A stretch of DNA of 63,519 nucleotides, filler included, from Octopus bimaculoides (GCF_001194135.2; 12 parts of 9 records of this genome joined end to end with filler, not necessarily neighbours in it), one strand, 5' to 3'; shown: positions 51,038 to 63,219, counted from the first letter of the whole stretch. Notes: a model not told the origin generated them from the letters alone. Translations and numbers: made by a program.

Positions 51038-51156
51038 ATCATCTGAGGAGACACATCTACACCGAGGGATACACCTAAATCGAAACCATTTGTGCAGTAT
51101 ATGACCCGCTGGGGATCGATGATAGACGGGTCGAAACCATTGTAGTGATCAATAAA
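51038..51156 (+). ncRNA. Hammerhead-like motif with duplicated 3' half, followed by AATAAA
   Basis: ATCAT-CTGAGGA ... GACCCG/CGGGTC-GAAAC-CATT-GTA-GTGAT, AATAAA at 51151. A second tcgaaaccattt copy lies at 51080-51091. Confidence 0.5.
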
Positions 51157-51195
51157 GATTCTCGTATATTCCATCTTCTGTTTCTCTAATTAATG

Positions 51196-51226
<31 letters not shown>

Positions 51227-51326
51227 NNNNNNNNNNNNNNNNNNNNNNNNNNNNNNNNNNNNNNNNNNNNTTAATTAATTAANNNNNNNNNNNNNNNNNN
51301 NNNNNNNNNNNNNNNNNNNNNNNNNN

Positions 51327-52260
51327 GGTCTACAATGTTTTCCTCCCCTGCTTGTGCTTTCTCTTGCTGTGGCTGTGTGAACTCATATAGGGGGCATTTG
51401 GTCTTCATATGACCTCTCTCCCCGCATATGTAGCAATTTGGTTTCCTTCCCTCGACTACATTTAACGTTCTCTCATCCTCCGCTTCTATCTGGTAGGGAA
51501 TTCTTTCTATGTCCTCGAATGTGGCAAAAAGCCACATTTCGAGTCCAAATTCCCACCAGTTGCGCACTTTTGATTCCGCCACTGGTCCCAATTCCGGATC
51601 CTACTTGGTTGCAGCCAGCACTGTTGCAACCAACCACTTCGGTGTAATTTCTGGTGGCACACTGGGAATACGTATTCTCATACTTCTTCTTCCTCTATAA
51701 CTTGGTCGTAATGCTATTTTTGTACTTCTTAAAATGTTGGTCGCATGCTTGGTTGCCTCTTCTATAGTGGCGAACCTCACCTCTAACGTACCGAACTTTG
51801 TTCCTCTGCTGATATACGTGGTTTCATTCACAATTTCACCCAGGCACTCCTCGATTTCCTCTAACGTCACCATTTCAATTTTACAGGTTTCGACAGCCTG
51901 TGTACGATACACAACTTTCCTCAGAATTTTGCCTTCCTTGGTCTCTTTTTTGGGGGGTGGGCAATTCGTATGAGTCTCCCTCTACTTCTATCATATTCCT
52001 GCTTCTGCTCACCTCCTCCATATCCAGCTTGATCAACTTGGTTTCCAGCAGCACTGGCTTCCTCACCGCAGTGGCCCTGGCGTAGCTCTCCATACTGGAG
52101 ACACTACCACTCGCCATAGCTGGGGGAAAATGCAGCGGCTCGCGTGAAACGTAACAGTAATAATTCCACAAAAAATCACAATTATTTACAGAGACAACTT
52201 ACGGTAATTCACACAGTTTTCACAAAGTAACACAACAGTATTCACAATAATTCACAGAGA
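51327..52260 (-). mobile_element. L1/Tx1-type LINE 5' UTR + ORF1 (RRM-like region + CCHC zinc knuckle), frameshifted, truncated by fragment end
   Basis: MASGSVSSMESYARATAVRK start; YISRGTKFGTLEVRFATIEEA..PSYRGRR..VPPEI..WLVA; GRKPNCYICGERGHMKTKCP (CX2CX4HX4C). One frameshift near 51900 and a stop near 51600. Confidence 0.82.
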
Positions 52261-53241
52261 CGAAATACCGGTAAGTATTTCGCCCGGTGTGCTAACTATA
52301 ATACTATATTATTTGATACAATAATACTAATATTCTTAATAATATAATACTATAATATGATTACGTGTGTGTATGTGTATGCATTGTTTAAACTAAGTGA
52401 TGATGATAATGACGACGAGATGATGACCCGTCAACCATGACAAGATTCCTCATTTAGGATAACTAGCAGAATAGGGGAAGAGTATTTTTTTATATAGTGA
52501 GAATGAGCTGTGTACACCAGACTCACTGTCGCCCTCACACAATATGCCGAGTGGCGATGTAAACTGATTTTACAGCCCAGCATGACGGTATGTTATTAAC
52601 TGCGTCTGTTGTCCAAATTAGTCTGCTCCATCAATTTCGAAGCTATAATGATGAAGGTTACTTATTTCTTCCACACCTAATTTAAATGAAATTCTAACAT
52701 TCCACTAACCATATACACATATGTATGTACGTGCATAAATACACCATCTGACTCTCAAGATATAGAAGAAAATAATAAAAGGCAGTTCAATCGCTCAATC
52801 GATCATGTTCACTGAGTTGAATTTTTCTAGTGTTCCGATTACGTATCTTCAACCGTTGAATAAGTATGACATTTAGAAAATGGATGACGGGTGAAGTATC
52901 TACATGTGTATAGCTATGTATATTTATGCGCGTATACATGCGTGTGTTTGTGTTTGTGTTTGCGTGTATAAATTTTCATTTCAAGAGTTAACAACAATTT
53001 TCAAAATGCTTCTCGAGGGTGGTTCAATTTAGGAACGGTTTATAGTAGTTGTGTGAATGGGGGAATGTATGCAGACATAATCACCTAAAACTGATAAAAA
53101 GATGTAGCATAGTTGTGAAGACAGATAAAAATCAAAGAGAAAACAACTGCACCGGTATATTGTTATGCCTGTACATATGTGTTTGTGTGAGTGTGTGTAT
53201 GCATGCAGACATGCATACATATACATATGCATTCACACACA

Positions 53242-53282
<41 letters not shown>

Positions 53283-54847
53283 TTGTACACATATATTGCT
53301 GCATCGAAGTAATGACGCGTCTCACGTATACGTTGCAAACTATCTCCACGTTAATAAGCAACTACATCAAGGCCTCATCGAGTTGCAGACCAGTCGTTTT
53401 ACTTACTTTTCTTTTCTGTTCTCCATATCAATTAAATCTCTTTTCTAGTCAGCTCAATAACAGACTTGGACACTCAATGTATGGATTGATGCGCTATAAG
53501 CAATCATGTCATTTATCACGATAGAATTCATTGACGCATTGTTTGAGTTTGTTCATCGTCTCATACTATGTATTGTCAAAGAAAATTTGAGCAAATTTCG
53601 GTTAATGGTTTTGAAATTTCATAAATGGGTCTATAAACCTTTCTTTTTTTGTTTCAATACTGCACTGTATCCTGTTACTGTTGTCTTTTAACAACAAATA
53701 GGAAACCATTATTGATGATGTGGAAACTCCTGATTTTGCCAAAGAAAAGACTGCCAGGAAAAACATTTTAAAATTTTCTTGAGGTCTGACAATAGCTAGA
53801 GTTAAACATTGTGTTAATCAAAAATGTAGTTTCATGCCTCACCTTCAAATTTTAGCGCGTTACAAAACCTGTACTTGTTCCAAAAAAAAACCGGTTTTAA
53901 ATTGATAGTTATTGTGTCTCTTGAAAAGACGCTCAATCCAAGCCCGTAGCAAATTTTTCTTTAAAGTTTTAATAAAACGTTACTATTTTTGTTACTTTAT
54001 CTTTTATTCTTAACTTAATTGCGCTTCGGTCATATGGTTTCCGTTGACTTACAGATGCATGTTCCTTTGTACTTTGCTTTATTTTACACATACAATTTTT
54101 TGTAGTTGCCAGGCAGATGTTTTTTTATTGTTCTTCACTTTCATCTGCCCATTAACGTAGTTTCCGTTCGTGTTTCTCTACCTTGCTATGATTTCTTAGC
54201 ATTACAATAAATTTCATTTGTATCCAATGATAAGCAAAAAATATTGTTTCAGTTAGAGCTTGTATAAATTTACTTTTGCTCGGCTTGTGTTAAAACAAAA
54301 ATAAGTCTTCAGAAAGTTAAAGGCTGTACTAGGACCAAGCTTTTCACAGGAAAGAAAATGACATCTCAATTTTCATAGATAGTTAGAATTGGGGTTAACA
54401 GTAAATGTTTAATGTATGGGTGGGGAGGGCACACACAAAGGTAACTCCTATTACTTGCACTGAAACATCCGGTTTGCTCTATTCTTCCTGAGTTACTCGA
54501 AGTGAGGCTCGAATGTATTTATTTGTACGTGAATTTCAACAGTTAGTTCATATCGTTTGCTTTTGTGTTCGACACTGCCACGATTTCTTGGTATAAACTT
54601 CTTAACTAAAATTTCCAAAGTACTATTTTGTTTTATATTTTGCGTTATATAAAAATGTACATATCCAAGAATGAAATATTGAGCGTTATCAGTCTTTAAA
54701 TTGTTTTGTATGAAAATTTTAAACGTTTTTTTCACGCTATCAGTATTCTCAGTAGCCCTACCACAACTTCAGTAGACAATGCAATACTAATATACAAAGA
54801 GGGGATGGTGAGTAGAATGGTATTGTTTACATTATATTTTAACACAG

Positions 54848-54905
<58 letters not shown>

Positions 54906-54961
54906 CACTACTACTACTACTGCTGCTGCNNNNNNNNNNACTACTACTACTACTGCTGCTG

Positions 54962-55020
<59 letters not shown>
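54848..55020. repeat. (ACT)n microsatellite
   Basis: Direct reading. Confidence 0.97.
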
Positions 55021-55021
<1 letters not shown>

Positions 55022-55059
55022 ATGTGACCAATACCACTATTGCCACAACCTTACATTTA

Positions 55060-57140
55060 TTACTACCATTACCACTAATTAGTGAAGGGGATTACCACAA
55101 AAATCTCTAGTTTGTCTCCAATTAAAGACCTTCAAAGCTATCCAGCTCCATACTCTAACAAAACTCTGGCTGCCAGTGGTTTCAAAGATACGATAAGATA
55201 TATGTCTGACCCTGCTTCCACCAAAAGAAAACGCATCTATGAAGCCACTTAGTTCGCACCTTCTTTAAATGTTAACACTTATGTAGAATCTCCCTTACGT
55301 TAGTGGAGAAGCATTTTCCATAGACATATAAGTACAGGAAAATTTTCAATAGGCAGAGCTCATTTAGCTGAAACTAGTGAAATAAAATGTTATAAATAAA
55401 CTCAAACCTAACACAGAGGCATGCTGATTAGGCAGAGGTAACGTCACATACCAACTAAATGGTATAGAAACTGTTGTGTATATTCTAGTGGGACGATAAA
55501 TGTACGGGAATGTGTGAGCCACACTCCACCCATGCTTTCCCCACTCTCACCTCCCCCGCCTTCGCCTTCCCCACCTCCCAACTCCCACCTAAACTCAACA
55601 AGCCCTCATTTAAAATCCAAGAGAGACGTAGGGCAACATATTTAAAAAAAAAACACTATTGCACAGTATAACATCAAATAGACACTGCTGGAAAAGTGCA
55701 GAACTTATTTCAACATCAGTAGGAATCGCAAACTTTGTTTAGCCGAAGAACGAATCATAATGCTAAACTCCTTTCATTCAGTGCCTGTGTTTCCCCACTG
55801 TCCATGTGTGCAGAAGTTTATATTAGCCAGATGACCGGATACACCCTGGTTGTAAGAGTTCGTTCTTCCACCATTAGTGCTTCTCTCATNNNNNNNNNNN
55901 NNNNNNNNNNNNNNNNNNNNNNNNNNNNNNNNNNNNNNNNNNNNNNNNNNNNNNNNNNNNNNNNNNNNNNNNNNNNNNNNNNNNNNNNNNNNNNNNNNNN
56001 NNNNNNNNNNNNNNNNNNNNNNNNNNNNNNNNNNNNNNNNNNNNNNNNNNNNNNNNNNNNNNNNNNNNNNNNNNNNNNNNNNNNNNNNNNNNNNNNNNNN
56101 NNNNNNNNNNNNNNNNNNNNNNNNNNNNNNNNNNNNNNNNNNNNNNNNNNNNNNNNNNNNNNNNNNNNNNNNNNNNNNNNNNNNNNNNNNNNNNNNNNNN
56201 NNNNNNNNNNNNNNNNNNNNNNNNNNNNNNNNNNNNNNNNNNNNNNNNNNNNNNNNNNNNNNNNNNNNNNNNNNNNNNNNNNNNNNNNNNNNNNNNNNNN
56301 NNNNNNNNNNNNNNNNNNNNNNNNNNNNNNNNNNNNNNNNNNNNNNNNNNNNNNNNNNNNNNNNNNNNNNNNNNNNNNNNNNNNNNNNNNNNNNNNNNNN
56401 NNNNNNNNNNNNNNNNNNNNNNNNNNNNNNNNNNNNNNNNNNNNNNNNNNNNNNNNNNNNNNNNNNNNNNNNNNNNNNNNNNNNNNNNNNNNNNNNNNNN
56501 NNNNNNNNNNNNNNNNNNNNNNNNNNNNNNNNNNNNNNNNNNNNNNNNNNNNNNNNNNNNNNNNNNNNNNNNNNNNNNNNNNNNNNNNNNNNNNNNNNNN
56601 NNNNNNNNNNNNNNNNNAACCCTCCCTCATAAGCTCATCCCACCCCAACACACTCCTACTTTACCTTACCATCCCACCCCATCCAATTCCTTACACCCAC
56701 CCCAACCTCTGCCTACCCACACCCCTAGCACTGACTAGCACTGACCAACTCCTTTCTCCCTTCCCTATTTTTTCACACCTACATACACACATACATACGT
56801 TAAGATCACCAGCATTCTCTCTCAAACACACACACACACACACACACACACAGCTTCTCGTATTTAGATCATCGTTTCTTTCCCCTTTTGTTATCTCCTC
56901 TTTTTCTTAGCTCTCCTGTGTGAACTTTCTGTCCGGCAGTCGCCATGATAGATTGCTGACCACAACATTCAAATTTTTTTTCTCCGCATTTTTCTCCTTG
57001 TTTTTCTCCTTATTCTTTCTGTTGAAGAGCGTAGCTCGAAACGTTAAAGACTTTCTCTCTTCCCGAGCGTTAAACTAATAATCCTTTTGTTGTTTACACC
57101 ACCTGTCCTCGTCTGTTGTTTTTTTCGTAAATTCTCCCAT
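55060..57140 (+). mobile_element. Naiad-type PLE 3' remnant: thumb/linker, endonuclease C-terminus, 3' region with hammerhead
   Basis: Translations NKTLAASGFKDTIRY, EKHFP*TYKYRKIFNR, YNIK*TLLEKCRTYFNISRNRKLCLAEE and VFPHCPCVQKFILAR* occur in PLE order. An N gap (55890-56618) separates them from the terminal hammerhead region. Confidence 0.7.
57014..57050 (+). ncRNA. Minimal hammerhead-like motif, A6U variant
   Basis: TCTTT-CTGTTGA-A-GAGC-GTA-GCTC-GAAAC-GTT-AAAGA. Confidence 0.65.
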
Positions 57141-57252
57141 ATATATATATGTNNNNNNNNNNNNNNNNNNNNNNNNNNNNNNNNNNNNNNNNNNNNTTAA
57201 TTAATTAANNNNNNNNNNNNNNNNNNNNNNNNNNNNNNNNNNNNNNNNNNNN

Positions 57253-57283
<31 letters not shown>

Positions 57284-57294
57284 TTAACATGCGA

Positions 57295-57376
57295 GGCTCC
57301 GATGAAGTTCGAAGTTGTTACTGAGACACAGAACTAATGAGCTCACTGCATTGTATACCAGAAACAGCTGTAAGCT
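57295..57376 (+). ncRNA. Hammerhead-like motif, U4C variant (same family as 36350)
   Basis: GGCT-CCGATGA-AG...cactgcattgtatacca-GAAAC-AGCT-GTA-AGCT. Confidence 0.5.
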
Positions 57377-57759
57377 AATGATGTTCATAAGACAATAGTT
57401 TGTTCCTCTGTCATGTCAATTTCTTATTGCGCAACTCCGTACTCGACTGACGCTTCGTTCTGTAACATGTGTATATTAAGTTTTAACACCAGGCTATTAG
57501 TACCACTAATGCCCAAGGGAAATGTTTAAAACACATACATACATGCATCCATCCATCCATGCATACATACATAGATATATAGGCACGCAGAAACACTAGA
57601 GTGCGTCATGTAAGCAAAAATCGGATTCAATACAGGGTTCCACATAGCGTTTCAGAGGAGAACGACGATGTTCTTTTAGCGTCAGTGTAGTCTCTGCGTG
57701 GAAAACTCGAACTCACAACGGAGCCGTGCCGCATTTTACTGGCGTTTCACTTTTCACTA

Positions 57760-58183
57760 CGCTTTTCGGTTTTACACACACACACACAAACACACACAAT
57801 CGCACACGCACATACAATCACACACATACACGCATACACACATGTATATTGTCTATGTATATATGTGTGTGTATATAATATATGTATATATATATGTATA
57901 TACAAAAATATGTATATATATGTGTGTATATATAAGTATATGTATATATGTATATATGAATATATAGTATATATACGTATATGTATGTATATATAAATAT
58001 ATAATATATGTATATATGTATGTATATATAAATATATAGTATATATATATATATATTTCTATACATGAATATATAGTATATACACAAGTATATATATATC
58101 GTATGCATGTGTATACATATATACAGTAGTGTATGTGTATACATATATATATATATAGTATATATGTATATATATATACATAA

Positions 58184-58259
<76 letters not shown>

Positions 58260-58278
58260 AGATGTAAGTACATATATG

Positions 58279-58309
<31 letters not shown>

Positions 58310-58360
58310 ATATGTATGTGTATATATATATATATACATATATATGTATATATATATATA
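57760..58360. repeat. (CA)/(TA)-rich degenerate microsatellite field
   Basis: Direct reading. Confidence 0.93.
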
Positions 58361-58494
58361 TTCCCCATTCGTGAGAGACCGTCTAATATGGGACCTTTAA
58401 AAGTAATATACTTCGGATTTTCCATTAAAAACGTGTGTGTGTGTGTGATATATATATATTTGTGCGTCTGTTGCTTTCTATATCTGATATCTTT

Positions 58495-58745
58495 CTATCT
58501 TTTAACTGTTTCAGTCATTTGACTGTGGCCAAGCTGGGGCACCGTTTCGTGGAATTTTAAGTCGACTTTCATCGACTCCAATACCTAATTATATTTTCCT
58601 AAGCTTGGTGCTCACTCTTATTGGTCAATAGCGGAACCGCTAAATTGCGTGAATGCGAACACTACTACACCGGTTGTCAAGAGATGGTGGTGGTGGTGGT
58701 GGTGGTGAAGCTGTGGGGGGACATCCCCATTCACAGAAATACGCA
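58495..58745 (-). mobile_element. SINE family A, 3' half, diverged
   Basis: tgtttcagtcatttgactgtggccaagctggggcacc...gaaccgctaaattgcg...caccggttgtcaag. Confidence 0.75.
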
Positions 58746-59025
58746 CGCGCGCTCGAACACAGTCGCACGTATATGTATTTATGCTTATATATGTATATTC
58801 ATATATAATGTATGTGCATATATGTGTATGTATGTGGATATATATATATATATACATATATGAAATGTGCATATACATATATTCATATATATGTTGTGTA
58901 TGATANNNNNNNNNNNNNNNNNNNNNNNNNNNNNNNNNNNNNNNNNNNNTTAATTAATTAANNNNNNNNNNNNNNNNNNNNNNNNNNNNNNNNNNNNNNN
59001 NNNNNTACACACTATCCTATCTAGA

Positions 59026-60765
59026 TACGATCTCGAGGACCCAATGCGGTTGCTCCAAGTCCACGTTGGCACATTTGGGTGGTTGAGTCGGTACCTGTCA
59101 GACAACTGGAAGCGTCTGAGCAGGTCTTTGAGGCATTTGCATCCCCTTCTAGTTTTGTCACTCCCCACGTAGTCTAGATGCGTGTCCAAGGTAGCATTCC
59201 AATCCCCCACTAAAAGTAAGGGACGAGACGTTCCCAGGAATACTTCTAGACGTTGAAAGAAGTCCGACCGACCTGTTAAAGGAGGCACATAAACTGCCAG
59301 CAGCCGAAAAGCGCCTCCATCGCTGCCGTCCACATCTAGGACAAACAATCTACCCTCCGGGTCCATAAATATCGTCTTTACTTGGAGATCCAAACTCTTG
59401 CGAAAAAGAATCGCCGTGCCACTACCGCCCATCCTCGGCAGATGTGTATTTTTTTTCCCGTCCAATTGCTTTCTCCAACGTTTATTTTAACTATGTTAAT
59501 GTTGTCCATGTCGACACATATGGCCGATATCAACCATAGTGTGTCTATTGTTGGAGGTGCGTGCTTTATTGTTACCTTTGTTACCTTTTGACCAAGGTAA
59601 CTGGGTAACATTGTTATTTCAGGTGTGTGAAGAGTTAGCGTTGAATACCTCTTCGCCAACTATTCATTTCGAAAAATCACCTGTACCTGTGCAAATCTAT
59701 AATAAGTAATATAAGATTTTTTATCCCAAATTGATTTCAACCATCTTTCGATCTTGTCTACACTGGCCTGTTCCGGCCTTCTACTTTTGGTGTTTATTAT
59801 TTTATATATTATTGTTTTTCTACTTGTTTCTTCTAATATGTGTTGTGGTATGTTTAAGTGTATTTCACCGCTTTCTTTGGTGATTAATTTTCTCATTTCT
59901 ATTATTTCCTTTGTCGTGNNNNNNNNNNNNNNNNNNNNNNNNNNNNNNNNNNNNNNNNNNNNNNNNNNNNNNNNNNNNNNNNNNNNNNNNNNNNNNNNNN
60001 NNNNNNNNNNNNNNNNNNNNNNNNNNNNNNNNNNNNNNNNNNNNNNNNNNNNNNNNNNNNNNNNNNNNNNNNNNNNNNNNNNNNNNNNNNNNNNNNNNNN
60101 NNNNNNNNNNNNNNNNNNNNNNNNNNNNNNNNNNNNNNNNNNNNNNNNNNNNNNNNNNNNNNNNNNNNNNNNNNNNNNNNNNNNNNNNNNNNNNNNNNNN
60201 NNNNNNNNNNNNNNNNNNNNNNNNNNNNNNNNNNNNNNNNNNNNNNNNNNNNNNNNNNNNNNNNNNNNNNNNNNNNNNNNNNNNNNNNNNNNNNNNNNNN
60301 NNNNNNNNNNNAGATACTTTGGAGACATCGTCTATGTTCTATTTTGTAACCTTGGTTACAGTTTTGTTTTTGTTGTTGTTGGTGGTGGTGGCAGTGTTAA
60401 CACTTGCATCTGTGTTTGTGAATTCTGTTTTCTTTTTCTCCATTCTCTCGTTTAACTGTGAGGAAGGAAGACTAGGAAATTCTTTTTCGAACGAAACACT
60501 GCAAAATTCAGCGTTCGTTTGACGAAAACATTCATGGCTAGAAGACGCCATCGTCTCAAAATAAAAATGGCTAGAAAGCCGAAATTGATTTTAAAAACCT
60601 GGAAATGTGCCACACAGGGCAGATTTCCGTTGCGAAAAACTTGCACCAGAAAGTCTATAAGTTGTTGTTATACAACTTTCTATATAAAATAAACTTTACA
60701 AACAAACTTTTTAAAACATAAAAAAGGCAAAACTTACGGAGCCGACACATCTACCGTCTGTCCAT
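59026..60765 (-). mobile_element. L1/Tx1-type LINE: 5' UTR, ORF1 N-terminal part, joined directly to ORF2 apurinic endonuclease
   Basis: ORF1 pieces MASSSHECFRQ (60551), KTIIYKIINTKS and AKRYSTLTL..PSYLGQK..APPTI..WLISA, the last similar to the 51601 ORF1. APE motifs GGSGTAILFRK, EGRLFVLDV, LLVGDWNATLD, DRYR, WTWSN and RSYLDR at 59026-59450. Confidence 0.85.
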
Positions 60766-60794
60766 AGAGATAGCTAGCTAGCTAGCTAGCTAGC

Positions 60795-60839
<45 letters not shown>

Positions 60840-61276
60840 CGTCAATTCAATTTCGAGTATAACCACCTTCTTATAGCGCACTGATGCTCGTAACATATTT
60901 TGCAACTACTCTACAATAGCCATCTAAGATTACATCAATTTGTATAAATGGTCGAAAATGAGAGGAGAATAATAAATATGAGTGTCCAGTGGAGAGTATT
61001 TCAAGAGAAGCAACGAATAAAAGTATACTACATAAAACACAAGCTGAGTTCTTGATTTATAATATTAAGAGAGGGTACAGCAATCGATTGGTGGATAGGG
61101 ACATGTATTTGAAGCGAATAAGTTCACATCAAACTGCATACAAGAGAAATTCTTTATGTTATTTTAAAATTTGAATTGGACAATCACTTGATAAAAGACC
61201 CAAAATGTTGTCAGTTCTTTCTTGTATGTGTCTTACCGTCGCACTTGCAGAATATAATGTGGGAGCAATTGCTGAT

Positions 61277-61313
61277 CTGATGAAGCCCATTAAGGCAGAA
61301 ACACGTTTCACAG
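61277..61313 (+). ncRNA. Hammerhead-like motif, canonical 5' core, degenerate stem I/III
   Basis: CTGATGA-A-GCC-CATTAA-GGC-A-GAAAC-AC-GTTTC; imperfect stem I. Confidence 0.45.
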
Positions 61314-61470
61314 TTTCCCTCTTGTCTCCAGATAATCATTCATGTCTTTATGATCGTATCAATTTCAGACAATTTTTGATTTTTCAGAATAATTTTCCCT
61401 CGGAGTTGGTACTAATTACTACCATGCATAGATATCTAGATATAGATGCACACACAAACAGACATGTTTA

Positions 61471-61507
<37 letters not shown>

Positions 61508-62367
61508 NNNNNNNNNNNNNNNNNNNNNNNNNNNNNNNNNNNNNNNNNNNNTTAATTAATTAANNNNNNNNNNNNNNNNNNNNNNNNNNNNNNNNNNNNN
61601 NNNNNNNTATATATATACTAGCTGGCCCCGTGCCGTCAAAAATGGCGGCCAATTGTAGTATTTTATACATAAATATGGACGGTACAGGAAATTAGTAGAC
61701 TTCTCAATGTTATCTGGTGGTTGTCTTTTGAGATGTGACATCGATCATCGTTTGTTACTGAAAGGACGCTGGTTCACACATACACACATACACACATATA
61801 CTCACGCAGAGTCGAAACGGTGTTTGATTTTTTTTTTTCTTTTCAGCGTTGTATGTTCGCCATTCCACTTCCATTGCATACATACACACATATAAATACG
61901 TATACTGCAAAAGCAAGAGCAGGCTGACTAGGTGCCACATCGATGCAAAGATTTGGAAAAAGTTAACTGAGGACAGAACAGCATGGGGAATCTCAGTAAG
62001 CAAAGGAAGAAAACATCCTAGCCCTCGGAGCAAAACGCCAAAGAAAGAAAGGCAACCTACCACAGTGCTGCAGCACCTTCCTCACTTGCAGTTTTTTGCA
62101 ACATCTCTGGCTGTTTAGTCAATGTTAAACTATATCGGTTTGACGCATTTTCAATCTGGCGTTCGGTGCTTTGGGGCCTGCTGCTGATAATGCACAGTGC
62201 ACACAGAAATCATGTGATAAAGCAGTTCCATTCGCCGACGCTGACAAAATGTCGGGTGCCGATTATAACGTTTATGTAACGGTTATACGACATGATTTCC
62301 TAGGGCGATTACCGCAGTCTACGGTATTCTTAACACCACATCCCAGTTATGTTGGACGTGTAAATTA

Positions 62368-62398
<31 letters not shown>

Positions 62399-63219
62399 GT
62401 AGCTTTATTTCACCAAGTCCTATATTACCATAGATCTTTTCGTAACCAGTTCCGTCAAGACAAGACATAAGTATTGCATTTACATCTATTTTTATAATGT
62501 TTGAAATCTTTCTCGGAACTCATAAAGCCATACTAAGCATTATCTCATATCCTTAAGAGTTCTTGTGAGAGAAGTATTGTATACTTCAGATACGAAACGG
62601 GTGAGAATGAATTATGACGCCTAAAGCATAGTACTAAATAATGTTTAATAATATTACTGATAAAAACCAAACTTTCAATAGAAGTAGTCTTTAAAGAGAA
62701 GATTTAAATAATTCATGTTGGATCGCTAAGAAAGACGAAAGCAAAAACAAAGATGTCCGCCAAGTATAAATTATCTTTCGTTTCAATAATTGTTGACACG
62801 GTGAAATGTCGAGACTGATGTGTCGAAAGAAATATACAGCGGGAAGTTGTGTGGAGGGCGACAGGCAAGTAGAAATAGCTGTAGAGAGAGCGCGAGAGAG
62901 TGTGTGAGAAACAGACAGACAGACAGGCAGGCAGACAGACAAGCACGCAGGCAGGTAGACAGGCAGGCGGACAGAGAACTGTCACAAGATAAAATTTTTC
63001 GATTGAGGAAATATGCGTCAATTAGAGAGAGAACGAGAGAAATATAAAACAATTTTTTCAGTTTATCCTACATTGATATGGAAAAAAAATCCACAACCGT
63101 CCACCCCAATAGACTTCTATTGTTCCTAAGAGTTGAATTTTATATTTTCTACGGATTGCTTGAGGCTCACTTTCTTCCTACACCTCGATCCTTAGATCTT
63201 ACATTTATATATCAACATT

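Noticed and set aside
2225-61741. Long ORFs rich in X, YI, HT or CV
   Set aside because: Produced by N gaps and (TA)/(CA) dinucleotide runs.
62560-62607. ttct..gaagtat/atacttc..GAAACGGGTG-agaa hammerhead-like string
   Set aside because: The 5' core does not fit CUGANGA even with covariation, and the triplet is GUG; at most a decayed remnant.
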